DNA of 44,658 nucleotides, taken from assembly GCA_964418865.1 (NCBI GenBank), contig CAYQNT010000003.1, positions 18,641-63,298 on the forward strand, read 5' to 3'. The position numbers were made by a program, and so were the translations under genes. This DNA is from an uncultured Rikenella sp. GTDB lineage: Bacteria; Bacteroidota; Bacteroidia; Bacteroidales; VadinHA17. A model generated the notes under the pieces. The model did not search any database. It saw only the letters and a list, made by a program, of their open reading frames with translations, and was not told the DNA's origin. This document shows, one piece after another, positions 1-10,000 of the stretch; positions within the stretch are counted from its first letter, which is position 1, and each line of letters starts with the position of its first letter.

Positions 1-210
1 CTCAGGCAAGAGCCGCTGAGTCACGCGCCGCAGAAAACAGGGCAGCTCAGGTAAGGGCATCCGAGGAGAGAGCTGCACAGCAGAGGGTTGCTGACGAAAG
101 AGCATCTCAGGCAAGAGCCGCTGAGTCACGCGCCGCAGAAAACAGGGCAGCTCAGGTAAGAGCATCTGAGGAGAGAGCAACACAGCAGAGAGCCGCCGAG
201 GCAGCAAGAA
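1..210 (+). repeat. Tandem 105-nt (35-codon) coding repeat, two units
   Basis: The string ctcaggcaagagccgctgagtcacgcgccgcagaaaacagggcagctcaggtaag occurs at 1 and again at 106. The first ~56 nt of each unit are identical and the remainder diverges. Confidence 0.85.
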
Positions 211-269
211 GCGAAGCTGCAAGAGTTAAAAACTCAGAATCATCGACCGAAAGAATAATTCGGAAATAA
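3..269 (+). CDS. C-terminal fragment (5' end lies off-window) of an Ala/Arg/Glu-rich coiled-coil repeat protein
   Basis: Frame 3 is open from the window edge to TAA at 267-269. The translation ...QARAAESRAAENRAAQVRASEERAAQQRVADERAS... contains a 35-aa unit twice. A hairpin terminator follows. Confidence 0.6.
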   Translation, partial: QARAAESRAAENRAAQVRASEERAAQQRVADERASQARAAESRAAENRAAQVRASEERATQQRAAEAARSEAARVKNSESSTERIIRK

Positions 270-290
270 AAAAGCTCACAATTAGAACAA

Positions 291-326
291 ATCCCGCCGG
301 GCAATCACCGGCGGGATCTTTTATTT
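291..326. terminator. Rho-independent terminator hairpin between convergent reading frames
   Basis: Stem tcccgccgg (292-300), loop gcaatca, stem ccggcggga (308-316), then a T-rich tail tcttttattt. Confidence 0.8.
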
Positions 327-356
327 AATGATCTCCAGAAAAAGCTGAATTAAATA

Positions 357-500
357 TCAGTCTTTGATACACCTGACTGAAAAACCCATCGGGGTTGAAG
401 AATCGTGCTCGATGTTAGGGTTGTTGTGGTAAAGCCAAATAATATGTGCTTGCTCCAGCCCGGACGACAATAGTTGCCACTGTTCGCCCGAAACATTATG
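357..500 (-). pseudogene. Probable C-terminal remnant of a FISUMP (Fibrobacter succinogenes major paralogous) domain protein
   Basis: The 65-aa ORF ends in ...STPMGFSVRCIKD*, the characteristic C-terminal motif (GFSVRC[IV]KD) of that family. The rest of the family domain is absent, and the ORF's 5' end overlaps the start of the opposite-strand SDR gene. Confidence 0.3.
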
Positions 501-548
501 AGAGTATAGGTGTTTTATTGAATACTCTTTGAAACCAAAATATAGATA

Positions 549-1475
549 ATGCAAACAATTCTTGGCGCCAGTGGCACGATAGGAAAGCTTCTGGCAGCGG
601 AGCTCCCGTTATTTACCACAAAAATACGGCTGGTAAGCCGCAATCCAAAAAAAGTCAACGATAGTGATCAGCTGTTCCCTGCTGACCTGTTACAACCCGG
701 AGAGGTTGACAGGGCCGTGGAGGGATCTAAAATAGTTTACCTTGTGGTAGGACTGGAATATAAGGCAACAATTTGGGAAGAGCAGTGGCCGGCACTGATG
801 AGGGACACCATTGAGGCATGCATAAAACACAATGCGAAGCTTGTCTTCTTCGACAACGTCTACATGTACGACAAGGATTTTATTGCAGGAATGACCGAGG
901 ATATCGCTATCAATCCTCCGAGCCGCAAGGGAGCAGTGAGGAAAAAGATAGCGGAGATGCTCCTTGAAGCTGTCAATAGTGGTAAGCTAACGGCTCTGAT
1001 AGCACGGTCTGCAGATTTCTACGGCCCTGACAACAATGCCAACTTCATCACTCAAATGGTACTGAAGAACATCAGCATGGGGAAGAAGCCGATGTGGTTT
1101 GTCAGTCCTGACATCAAACATTCATTCACTTTTACCCCTGACGCTGCAAGGGCAACAGCTCTCCTCGGTAACACGCCTGATGCATACGGACAGGTATGGC
1201 ATTTGCCTACCGATAGTAGGCCCGTTACCGGCCGGCAGATCATCAACCTGATAGCCTCGGAGTATGGGGTACAGCCAAAGATTTCCATTCTTCCAAAGTG
1301 GATGCTTTTTCCTCTCGGTCTATTCATACCAGTTATGCGTGAGATGCCCGAGATGATGTATCAATACGATCGCACTTACTTTTTTGACTCATCAAAATTC
1401 ATCGGCCGGTTCGGGACCCCGGCCACTCCCTACGAAGAGGGGGTAAAGGAAACCTGTAAAGCATACAGGTCATAG
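549..1475 (+). CDS. NAD(P)-dependent oxidoreductase, atypical SDR / NmrA-like epimerase-dehydratase family
   Basis: 308-aa ORF with an N-terminal Rossmann motif, ILGASGTIGKLL (GxxGxxG). Confidence 0.75.
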   Translation: MQTILGASGTIGKLLAAELPLFTTKIRLVSRNPKKVNDSDQLFPADLLQPGEVDRAVEGSKIVYLVVGLEYKATIWEEQWPALMRDTIEACIKHNAKLVFFDNVYMYDKDFIAGMTEDIAINPPSRKGAVRKKIAEMLLEAVNSGKLTALIARSADFYGPDNNANFITQMVLKNISMGKKPMWFVSPDIKHSFTFTPDAARATALLGNTPDAYGQVWHLPTDSRPVTGRQIINLIASEYGVQPKISILPKWMLFPLGLFIPVMREMPEMMYQYDRTYFFDSSKFIGRFGTPATPYEEGVKETCKAYRS

Positions 1476-1503
1476 AAAAGCCAGGTCCGGGTGCTCCATG
1501 CAC

Positions 1504-1600
1504 TCAGTCTTCAGCCCTCAGTCTTCAGTCTTCACTGACGGTTGACGGCTGACTGCCGACTGTTGACTGCCGACTGCCGACTGCCGACTGCTGACTGTTG
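1504..1600. repeat. Fourteen consecutive heptads of a short-period intergenic repeat
   Basis: Read in register from 1504: tcagtct/tcagccc/tcagtct/tcagtct/tcactga/cggttga/cggctga/ctgccga/ctgttga/ctgccga x3/ctgctga/ctgttg. The left arm is the reverse complement of the repeat at 40008-40052. Confidence 0.9.
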
Positions 1601-1708
1601 TCTCCTTGCCCTCCCGATTCTCGGGACTTCGTCGCTTTGCTCCTTGCATGCTCCTTGCTCCTTGCAATACTGCAATTATATCATACTTTTATCAGTTATC
1701 ATTTAAAC

Positions 1709-2233
1709 ATGATTATGCTCACAGCGAGAAAACTGGTTCTGACAATGCTCATACTCCTGCCGCTGCATGCGCCAGCCCAGCCTGCCAGAGCCGTAACTGG
1801 ACCTGACAGGTGGCTCACTGTCACCCGTGTGGTCGATGGCGACACCTTCAGGGTGGATAATGGCAGCGGGAAAGAGATCAAGATCCGCCTGATAGGCGTT
1901 GACGCTCCCGAGCCCCGCAACAACGGTAGGAAACTAAAGGGATATTTCGGCGCGGAGTCGACAGCTTACCTGACCAAACTGCTTGACGGTAAAACAATAA
2001 GGCTTGAGTACGATGTGTCACGGTATGACCGGTACGGCCGCACACTCGCATATGTCTATCTCAAAGACGGCACCTTCGTTAATGCTGACCTGGTAAAGAA
2101 GGGATACGCCATGGTCATGACGGTACCGCCTAACGTAATGCATGCTGATGAGTTCGTCAGCCTCGCTGCCAAAGCGCGGAAGCAGAAGAGAGGTCTCTGG
2201 AAAGAGACAGATTCTCAAACAAAAACGAAGTAG
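1709..2233 (+). CDS. Secreted thermonuclease (staphylococcal nuclease / SNase family)
   Basis: Contains VVDGDTFRV...IRLIGVDAPE...DRYGRTLAYVYL...NADLVKKGYA, the SNase OB-fold signature. ATG at 1709 gives a signal peptide, MIMLTARKLVLTMLILLPLHAPAQP. The ORF-track TTG start at 1598 lies inside the repeat tract and is unlikely. Confidence 0.8.
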   Translation: MIMLTARKLVLTMLILLPLHAPAQPARAVTGPDRWLTVTRVVDGDTFRVDNGSGKEIKIRLIGVDAPEPRNNGRKLKGYFGAESTAYLTKLLDGKTIRLEYDVSRYDRYGRTLAYVYLKDGTFVNADLVKKGYAMVMTVPPNVMHADEFVSLAAKARKQKRGLWKETDSQTKTK

Positions 2234-2297
2234 AGATTTTCGTCCGGGTTAATTGTTGAATACTGATTACTGTATATCTCGTCTCTTAACCCCTTAG

Positions 2298-3278
2298 TCA
2301 CAGTTTCTGTTTTTTAAAAAATGTCCATATGACTTCGCTGGCGTCAATATCCCTGCTGGTCTTCCCTATGACCCGGACGGGCAGGTACTGCAGCCCTCCC
2401 GGCCACGTGTGACCGCCCCCATCAATAACGTAAAGGATTACTTCGGTACCGTCATCCTCGTTGACATATTCCTTCCGGGTCACTCTTGTCCCATCAGCAG
2501 GGTCCCTGTCAGGCTCTTCAGTAATTACAGGTATGGGGGAACACCCGTTCTTTTCCACCCAGTAACCGACAGAGTCATCCGCAGACAACACCGTCCCCAG
2601 CATCTCCCTGCCAGAGTGCCCGTAGATCTCACCGCCTTCAAACGGTACCACGGGGTCATCCACGTTGTTTATTGCCAGAACAGGAATGTGCCTTGACGGT
2701 GAACACCCATGGTTGAAGTGCAGTGGAATATTTCCATCTACGGGAGCTATAGCTGCAACCTTATGTGATAATTCACACGCCAGACGGTATGACATGATAG
2801 CGCCGTTGGATATGCCTGTGACGCAAACACGTTTTGGATCTGCATTGTAATCGCGTACCATTGTATCTATCAGCGCAGCGATGAACCCCACATCGTCAAT
2901 ATTCTCCATGTGCGCCCGATCTTCAGTTTCCTGATCACTCCTGCCATCGTTCCAGTTCAGCTCTATCGCATCAGGATATGCCACAACAAACCCATCTCTT
3001 TCGGCCAGCTTATCAAAGCCCTTGCGTGTTACCACTATCATGCCCTTGCCGTCTATTCCCCTGCCGTGCAGGGCAATCACCAATGGCATCTGTACAGATC
3101 TGTGATATGAAGAGGGAAGGTAAATAATGAAAGTGCGATTCAGTCCCTCATGAATTAATGACGCCTTGTTGTAGCTACCAAATTTTCCGGGGGAAAATCT
3201 ACGGCCGACCCACGACGTCGCTTTCACATAGAGAGACAATACCGGTTTTGTAAGTGAGGTGTATACTGCTTTTATCAT
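2298..3278 (-). CDS. Alpha/beta hydrolase, PHB-depolymerase-family esterase (LpqC-like)
   Basis: 326-aa ORF with PLVIALHG, the nucleophile elbow GISNGA (GxSxG) and a C-terminal GGGHTWPG, typical of this esterase family. Confidence 0.7.
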   Translation of the reverse strand: MIKAVYTSLTKPVLSLYVKATSWVGRRFSPGKFGSYNKASLIHEGLNRTFIIYLPSSYHRSVQMPLVIALHGRGIDGKGMIVVTRKGFDKLAERDGFVVAYPDAIELNWNDGRSDQETEDRAHMENIDDVGFIAALIDTMVRDYNADPKRVCVTGISNGAIMSYRLACELSHKVAAIAPVDGNIPLHFNHGCSPSRHIPVLAINNVDDPVVPFEGGEIYGHSGREMLGTVLSADDSVGYWVEKNGCSPIPVITEEPDRDPADGTRVTRKEYVNEDDGTEVILYVIDGGGHTWPGGLQYLPVRVIGKTSRDIDASEVIWTFFKKQKL

Positions 3279-3376
3279 AAGTACCTACTCAGGAAGATGC
3301 CCATGCCCTTCGCTGTAGTGATATCCGAGCCACCTTGAGAAGAAGACGTCATAAACATGAAAATCTAAGTTAATAA

Positions 3377-5851
3377 TTATACAAACAAGTTCAGTGCAGC
3401 CTCTTCAGTGCGCTCCAGATAGGTAGCCACGCCACCCAGTTGCACGCCGTCAACAAACTCCTCTTTCTTTATACCCATAACATCCATTGACATCTGACAG
3501 GCTATCAATTCAACACCGTTATCAACAGCTGTCTGAATCATATTCTCAAGAGAATCAACATTCTTTCTTACCATCACTGAACGTATCATTCTGCTGCCCA
3601 TGCCGGCCAAATTCATCTTTGACAATCCGAGATTGCGGCTTGACCGGGGCATCATCCTGCCAAACAACTTTCCATAAAAATCCGTCTTTACCGGCACTTT
3701 CTCCTTTCGCCTAATGACATTGAGGCCCCAGAAGGTAAAAAATATGGTCACCTTCTTCCCTGATGCCATCGCCCCGTTGGCAATTATGAATATTGCAATT
3801 GCCTTGTCAAGGTCGTCGCTGAAGCATATCAGAGTGGTGCCGCTGCTGATACGTTGTGATTCAATCATGGTGAGGGGCGCTCCCTTGCGTACTATAGCCG
3901 TTATTTCACCACCATCCTGTTTCAGATCAACCAGGTCATTGCCGGTGACATTGGCCCATGCCCTCACATCCTTAAAGAAGCCTGCATCTGTGGCTTTTAT
4001 GCGTACCGCCTCGCCGGTGGCCACCTGGTCTATCGATTGTTTCAGTTTAATCACCGGACCCGGACACTGAAGCCCACATGCATCCACTTCCTTAATCCTG
4101 CTCTCATCGAGAGGCTCGGGAGCTTTTTTATCTTTGCTGCCCTGATAGATATTATCATCATGGCCAATATAGTCGTTAGCAAATATATCTTCATTGCTTT
4201 GCTTCTGTGTGGCTGTCTCGAAGGTTCTGAGCCCGCCTGAGAGGTTATAAACCTCAGTAAAGCCGCTCTGCATGAGTATCCTGCATGCCACATGGGCTCG
4301 CAGGCCCACGCCGCAAAAGACAATGATCTTCTTGTCTCGTGGTATCTTGTCAAGATGCTCTCTCAGCTCATCAAGCGGTATATGAACTGCTTTCTCAATT
4401 GTTCCGAGCCGAAATTCATCAAGGGTGCGTACATCGAGCAGGAACATCTCTCCGAATATGTCTCTGGCCACATCACGCCAAGACACGATCTTCATGGTAC
4501 CGTCAAGGATGTTCTCAGCAACCATACCGGCAATATTCACCGGATCTTTAGCTGATGAATATGGCGGTGCGTATGCATGTTCAATCTCAGCAAGATCATG
4601 TACCGTGCCTCCAGTGCGTATGATTTCGGAGAAGAGGTCAATGCGCTTGTCCACTCCGTCATAACCGACTATCTGGGCGCCAAAGAGACGTCCGTCTGAG
4701 GGAGAGAAGCATATTTTTACAGACATGGGGGTAGCTCCCGGATAATACCCGGCATGCGAGGATGAATGGGTGATTGAGCTGAAATGAGGTATATTCAGCT
4801 GCTTCAGTTGCTTGCCCGATACGCCCGTAGCCGCCACGGTTATGTCAAAGACCTTGGCTATGGCAGTGTTAACAGAGCCCGGATATTTCTTCTTATTGCC
4901 CCTGACAATATTGTCAGCGCAGATCCTGCCCTGCTTGTTGGCCGGACCTGCAAGGTATGTGATCATCTGCGATCCGGTAACCGGATTGGCGAATTCAATG
5001 GCATCACCCACTGCATATATATTCTTGTCTGTTGTCTGCAGGTATTCATTTACCAGTATACCTCCTGTCTTTCCTGTCTCAAGCCCGGCTTCTTTGGCAA
5101 GGCGACTGTCAGGTTTGACACCTATTGACAAGATTACCATGTCAGCTTTTATTGCCCTGGAACTGCTCAGCCTGACTACAATGCGATCATCCTCTGTGTC
5201 AAATGATGAGACAGCCAACTTAAGGTAAAACTCTACGTTATTTATCTTCAGGTGCTGATGCACCAATGATGCCATAGAGAGGTCAAGCGGCGTCATTACC
5301 TGGTCTGCCATCTCGACTATGGTGACATTAATCCCGATCCTGTGGAGGTTCTCAGCCATCTCCAGCCCTATGAAGCCTGCACCCACAACCACGGCATGAC
5401 GTGGATGCCTTGTCTCTATATATTTTTTTATGTGATCCGTATCAGCCACATTCCGGAGTGTGAAGATGCCTTCCTGGTTTATTCCCGGCAAAGGAGGTCT
5501 CACAGGCTCAGCTCCCGGGGAGAGGATCAACTTGTCATAGCTCTCGGTGTACGTGGTGCCGGCACGAAGATCCTTTACAGTCACCTCCTGTTTCTCCCTG
5601 TCAATGGCGGTGACTTCACTCAGGTTCCTCACCTGGAGTCTAAAACGAGTACTAAACGATTCGGGAGTCTGAACGAACAAATTATCTCTTTCGGTTATAA
5701 TATCACCAATGTAATAAGGCAGTCCGCAGTTTGCATAAGAGATATGCTCACCCCTTTCGAAGATTATTATTTCACTATGTTCATCAATCCGTCTCAGACG
5801 AGCAGCAGTTGTTGCTCCTCCGGCAACGCCCCCTACAATAAGATACTTCAT
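3377..5851 (-). CDS. Four-domain CoA-disulfide/persulfide reductase: FAD/NAD(P) pyridine-nucleotide-disulfide oxidoreductase + rhodanese + TusA-like + DsrE-like
   Basis: 824 aa. The N-terminus is VGGVAGGATTAARLRR plus the redox Cys in SYANCGLPY. The rhodanese loop is IVFCGVGLRA. The TusA motif is CGLQCPGPV. The C-terminal DsrE-like region is KVTIFFTFWGL...LIACQMSMDVMG. Confidence 0.85.
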   Translation of the reverse strand: MKYLIVGGVAGGATTAARLRRIDEHSEIIIFERGEHISYANCGLPYYIGDIITERDNLFVQTPESFSTRFRLQVRNLSEVTAIDREKQEVTVKDLRAGTTYTESYDKLILSPGAEPVRPPLPGINQEGIFTLRNVADTDHIKKYIETRHPRHAVVVGAGFIGLEMAENLHRIGINVTIVEMADQVMTPLDLSMASLVHQHLKINNVEFYLKLAVSSFDTEDDRIVVRLSSSRAIKADMVILSIGVKPDSRLAKEAGLETGKTGGILVNEYLQTTDKNIYAVGDAIEFANPVTGSQMITYLAGPANKQGRICADNIVRGNKKKYPGSVNTAIAKVFDITVAATGVSGKQLKQLNIPHFSSITHSSSHAGYYPGATPMSVKICFSPSDGRLFGAQIVGYDGVDKRIDLFSEIIRTGGTVHDLAEIEHAYAPPYSSAKDPVNIAGMVAENILDGTMKIVSWRDVARDIFGEMFLLDVRTLDEFRLGTIEKAVHIPLDELREHLDKIPRDKKIIVFCGVGLRAHVACRILMQSGFTEVYNLSGGLRTFETATQKQSNEDIFANDYIGHDDNIYQGSKDKKAPEPLDESRIKEVDACGLQCPGPVIKLKQSIDQVATGEAVRIKATDAGFFKDVRAWANVTGNDLVDLKQDGGEITAIVRKGAPLTMIESQRISSGTTLICFSDDLDKAIAIFIIANGAMASGKKVTIFFTFWGLNVIRRKEKVPVKTDFYGKLFGRMMPRSSRNLGLSKMNLAGMGSRMIRSVMVRKNVDSLENMIQTAVDNGVELIACQMSMDVMGIKKEEFVDGVQLGGVATYLERTEEAALNLFV

Positions 5852-5889
5852 CGTTTATATTTTTTACTGTTACAGAATAACCAAAGGAA

Positions 5890-5905
5890 TGTGATTTCGT
5901 TCACA
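5890..5905. promoter_or_regulatory. Perfect CRP/FNR-family-type palindrome TGTGA-N6-TCACA upstream of the reductase gene
   Basis: tgtgatttcgttcaca at 5890-5905, 39-54 nt upstream of the ATG at 5851 (minus strand), in the 109-nt spacer after the methyltransferase gene. Confidence 0.45.
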
Positions 5906-5960
5906 GATTTCATCAAATATCTGTTGGGTGATCTGGCAAAGACATATGGTTTGAACGCAG

Positions 5961-6563
5961 TCAGGTGCCTTGTACAATTACAAATACTCCCTGCCCTCTC
6001 ACTTCCGTGCTTTCAATATGGAGTCCCATCTCCTCCATCAGCCTGCCAATCCCTCCTCCCTGGTTATATTTCCGGAAGTTACGGTAATGGTCGCCCCTTG
6101 CAGCTCGCTCTATGCCCCAAGCCAGCCATGCTGCCGGCCCGGTACTCATGGGATAGTTATAGTCAGCAATGATGACCCTGTTGGCAATGCGCTTCATTTC
6201 CGGCAGCACTTTGGCTGCCACCTGCGGATCAAACTGGTGCATTGCCAATGATGCTATAGCAACATCAAACCTTTTGTCATAGTAGCATGACAGATCAGCC
6301 GCATCCTTCAGCTCAAATGAGATATTAATTATTCGCCTTTTTTGAGCCACATCTCTGGCAGTGATGATCATATCTTCAGACAGGTCAATGCCTGTCACAT
6401 CTCTGGCATGGTCAGCCACAGCCATAGCCAACGCCCCGGTACCACATGCTATGTCAATCACAACATCATCAGGTGCAATCATTTCCACAATCCTTCGTCT
6501 CAACCCATTGATCAATGGATCAATGAAGGTCTGATACATTAATCCTTTCAGTGAGGCATACAT
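5961..6563 (-). CDS. Class I SAM-dependent methyltransferase
   Basis: 200-aa ORF with SAM-binding motif I, VIDIACGTGALA, followed by an acidic loop, GIDLSEDM. Confidence 0.8.
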   Translation of the reverse strand: MYASLKGLMYQTFIDPLINGLRRRIVEMIAPDDVVIDIACGTGALAMAVADHARDVTGIDLSEDMIITARDVAQKRRIINISFELKDAADLSCYYDKRFDVAIASLAMHQFDPQVAAKVLPEMKRIANRVIIADYNYPMSTGPAAWLAWGIERAARGDHYRNFRKYNQGGGIGRLMEEMGLHIESTEVRGQGVFVIVQGT

Positions 6564-6881
6564 CTCAATAATTTTTTATGGAATAAATATACTATTTAAA
6601 TTCCCTGACTATCAGAGCTTTTATCTATTACATAAATTAATACTCTTTCCTTGTCCCCTTTTCTCTTTTCTCTTACAACTATCTGTTCAAGTCTTCCCTC
6701 TCTTTCATGATAATATCAAAAGCTATTTTATTTAATTCTGATCTCCCTCCATTTTGAAGATTACCGATATCCTGAAGGTCTGGATTTTACATCCTTTAAT
6801 AATAGCATTACTAATAAACAGATCTTTAGGGACATAGCAACCATACCGAGTCAATAATTAGGTTTTCAGAAAACTAAAATA

Positions 6882-6889
6882 TATATTTG
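6882..6889 (+). promoter_or_regulatory. Candidate Bacteroidota -7 promoter element (TAnnTTTG) for the glucan synthase gene
   Basis: tatatttg lies 112 nt upstream of the ATG at 7001, in a 437-nt AT-rich spacer. The motif has only 6 fixed bases, so it is weak evidence alone. Confidence 0.25.
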
Positions 6890-7000
6890 TTTATATAGCA
6901 TCATCAAAAACATAGTTTTTCGAGGCACATTATTTATGGCTTCACCTAAAATATTTTCAGAAGTATTTTTTTAATATTTCAATAACCTGATATTAGTAAC

Positions 7001-10000
7001 ATGAGCGAAAGCAGCGCCAGAATCAACAAGCCCCTGCTCCGCGTAAAGCGGGGTATTTTTGGCAGTGATAATACCAAAATTGAGACTCCACTAAGATCAG
7101 AGCTTTTAAGTGCCGATCAGATGGAGGAGCATGGCAAGAGTCTTGCAAACACACACACATTGAGCTCCAGCCTTTTCCGCGATCAATATCTTCTTACGAG
7201 ACTTACAGAGAATGAATCTGTTTTAATTGAAGTCCGTAACCTGATCAGCGAGGTAATCAGATCGAATCGTCAGATCTATCCAGCTGCTGAATGGCTACTA
7301 GACAACTATTATCTTATACAGGATCATATCCACAATGCAAAGAAGCATCTCCCGAAAAGCTATAACAAGGAATTGCCCCGTCTTCGTTACGGGCCCTCAA
7401 AAGGTTTACCCAGGGTATATGACATCGCATTGGAAATGATAGCACATGGCGATGGCCATGTTGATCCTGACAGCCTTAGCCGTTTTGTGTTAGCCTATCA
7501 ATCTGTAACCCCATTAAAGCTGGGTGAATTATGGGCGATCCCAATCATGCTCCGATTGACTCTTATTGAGAACCTTAGAAGAGTTGCCGTACAAGTAGCC
7601 AGAAGAACAATAGACCGGAACCTGGCTAATTTCTGGGCTGATAAGATGATAGCGGTTACTGAAAAAAATCCGAAGGATTTGATACTGGTGACTGCAGACA
7701 TGGCACGGTCTTCACCTGAACTTACCACAGCTTTTGCAGTCGAATTTGTACACCGGCTAAAGGGACAAAGCCCTGCTCTCACTCTGCCACTTACATGGAT
7801 CGAACAACAACTTGCTGAATCAGGGCTCAGTATTGAGCGACTTTTTAACCTGGGAAACCAGCAGCTGGCAGCAGATCAGATATCCATACGCAACAGTATA
7901 GACAGTCTTCGTTTTATGGGATCGATGGATTGGAAAGAATTTGTCGAAACAATGAGTGTTGTTGAACAAACAATGCATTACGATCCTGATGGTGTCTATG
8001 GAAGAATGGATTTTACAACACGTGATAATTATAGACATATAATTGAAAACCTTGCAAGAAGAAGCATCTTTTCAGAGAATGAAGTGGCTCAGAAAGCAAT
8101 TTCTCTTGCACAGGCCGGATACAAAAACGACAAAGAAAACACCAGGGCAGCACATGTCGGCTATTATCTTGTTGATAAAGGCTTGCCCAAGCTAGAAAAA
8201 GCTATAAAAACCAGATATTCATTTATTAAACATTTCAAAAGGCTTTGCGCAAAGACTAGCCTGTTAATTTATATTGGCTCTATCCTGATCATTACGGGTA
8301 TAATAGCCGTTGGCTTATTTATAAACGGCAATACAATTTCAACAGGCCGATGGGTTTCATCTATAATTGCCTTAATAATTTTTATAAGCGCAATCCATCC
8401 GGCAATTGCATTAATCAACTGGCTATCTACGCTAATCGTCAAGCCTGCGGCTTTTTTCCCCAGAATGGACTTTTCCCATGGTATACCACCAGAATCGCGG
8501 ACGCTTTGTGTAATACCATCAATGCTGATAAGTTCAGAGCACATAGAAACTCTTATTGAAGCCCTTGAAGTAAGATTCCTTGCCAATCGTGATGCAAACC
8601 TACATTTCGGATTGTTAACTGATTTTCTTGATGCTGATAAAGAAGTACTACCTGAAGACGAGTATCTTGTCAATCAAGCCATCATGGGCATCGAGGATTT
8701 GAATGCAAAATACCCCGGCAATACCTTTTTCCTTTTTCACCGACCTCGTCTCTGGAATCCTGGCGAAAGAGTATGGATGGGGTTTGAGCGAAAAAGAGGA
8801 AAGCTTGCTGATCTCAACTCTCTGCTTCTTACTGAAACAAAAAGTAATTTTTCGATAATTAAAGGAAATACTGAGATTCTGACAAATGTAAAATATGTCA
8901 TAACCCTTGATACCGATACCCAAATGCCGCGTGATTCTGCACGTCAATTCATAGGCACAATGGCTCATCCTTTAAACAAGGCAAAGTATGATGAGAAAAA
9001 GCACAGGGTAAAAGAAGGATATGGTATAATACAACCACGCGTAGGAACCATCTCAGGAAATACAACTTCAAGATATGCCAACCTGTTTGGAAGCGAACCC
9101 GGTATTGATCCTTATACAAGAGCAATATCGGACATCTATCAGGATATTTTCAGTGAGGGCTCTTTTATTGGCAAAGGGATTTATGATGTCGGGATTTTTA
9201 ACCGGGTCTTTGATCAAAGATTCCCTGATAACAGGATTCTGAGTCATGATCTGCTGGAGGGATGCTATGCGCGATCAGGCCTGATAAGCGATGTTCAGTT
9301 ATTTGAAGAATATCCTATAAATTATTTCACCGATGTTAAACGCAGACACAGATGGATCCGTGGAGACTGGCAGATATTCAACTGGGTGTTGCCTTACGTC
9401 AGGAATCACAGTGGAAAATTTCATAGAAATCCGCTTTCCGTTCTTTCCAAGTGGAAGATACTCGATAATCTCAGGAGAAGTGTAACCTCTTTAGCACTCT
9501 TACTCCTTTTGGTGGCCGGCTGGACAATATTATCCAATCCATTGTTCTGGACATTGGCTGTTATAGGTCTACTTGTTGGACCCCCACTCATAATTTCCAT
9601 CTTTGGATTTTTCAATAAACCCAAAGATGTTCTTCTAAGGCAACATCTTGAAGCATCGGCAAAGTCAGCAGGCATAAATCTTGCTCAGGCGGCATTTATG
9701 TTTGTATGCCTCCCGTTTGAAGCTGCATTCAGCCTTGATGCGATAATTCGGGCATCATGGAGAATGTTTATCTCCCACAGGAAGCTTCTCGAATGGAATC
9801 CCTCAATAATGGATGAGCACGGCAGGAATAAGTCAATTTCCGGAGCCTATAAAACAATGTGGTTTTCTCCTCTTATTTCCATTATCCTGTTTATTAGTCT
9901 TGCCATCTGGTGGCCTGAGAACCTCCTCCTTATCTGGTTTGTACCACTGTTATGGCTCTTTTCTCCGATAATAGTCTGGTGGATAAACAATGAACCTCTC

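Noticed and set aside
1598-1708. TTG-initiated N-terminal extension of the thermonuclease (MSPCPPDSRDF...).
   Set aside because: It starts inside the heptamer repeat and reads through the ctccttgc repeats. ATG at 1709 gives a proper signal peptide.
3275-3358. 27-codon minus-strand sORF (MFMTSSSQGGSDITTAKGMGIFLSRYL*) whose TGA overlaps the esterase ATG.
   Set aside because: It is short, has no recognisable family, and an ATGA overlap can arise by chance. It cannot be supported from sequence alone.
5342-6172. 276-aa plus-strand ORF spanning the reductase/methyltransferase junction.
   Set aside because: It is antisense to two well-supported genes with clear family motifs and crosses their intergenic spacer. 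Its product is low-complexity and Ser/Leu-rich, so it is spurious.
6645-6706. About 60-nt polypyrimidine (CT-rich) tract in the cgs/methyltransferase divergent spacer.
   Set aside because: It is real in the sequence, but I can attach no specific function to it. It is probably promoter-region composition, and the H-DNA idea is untestable here.
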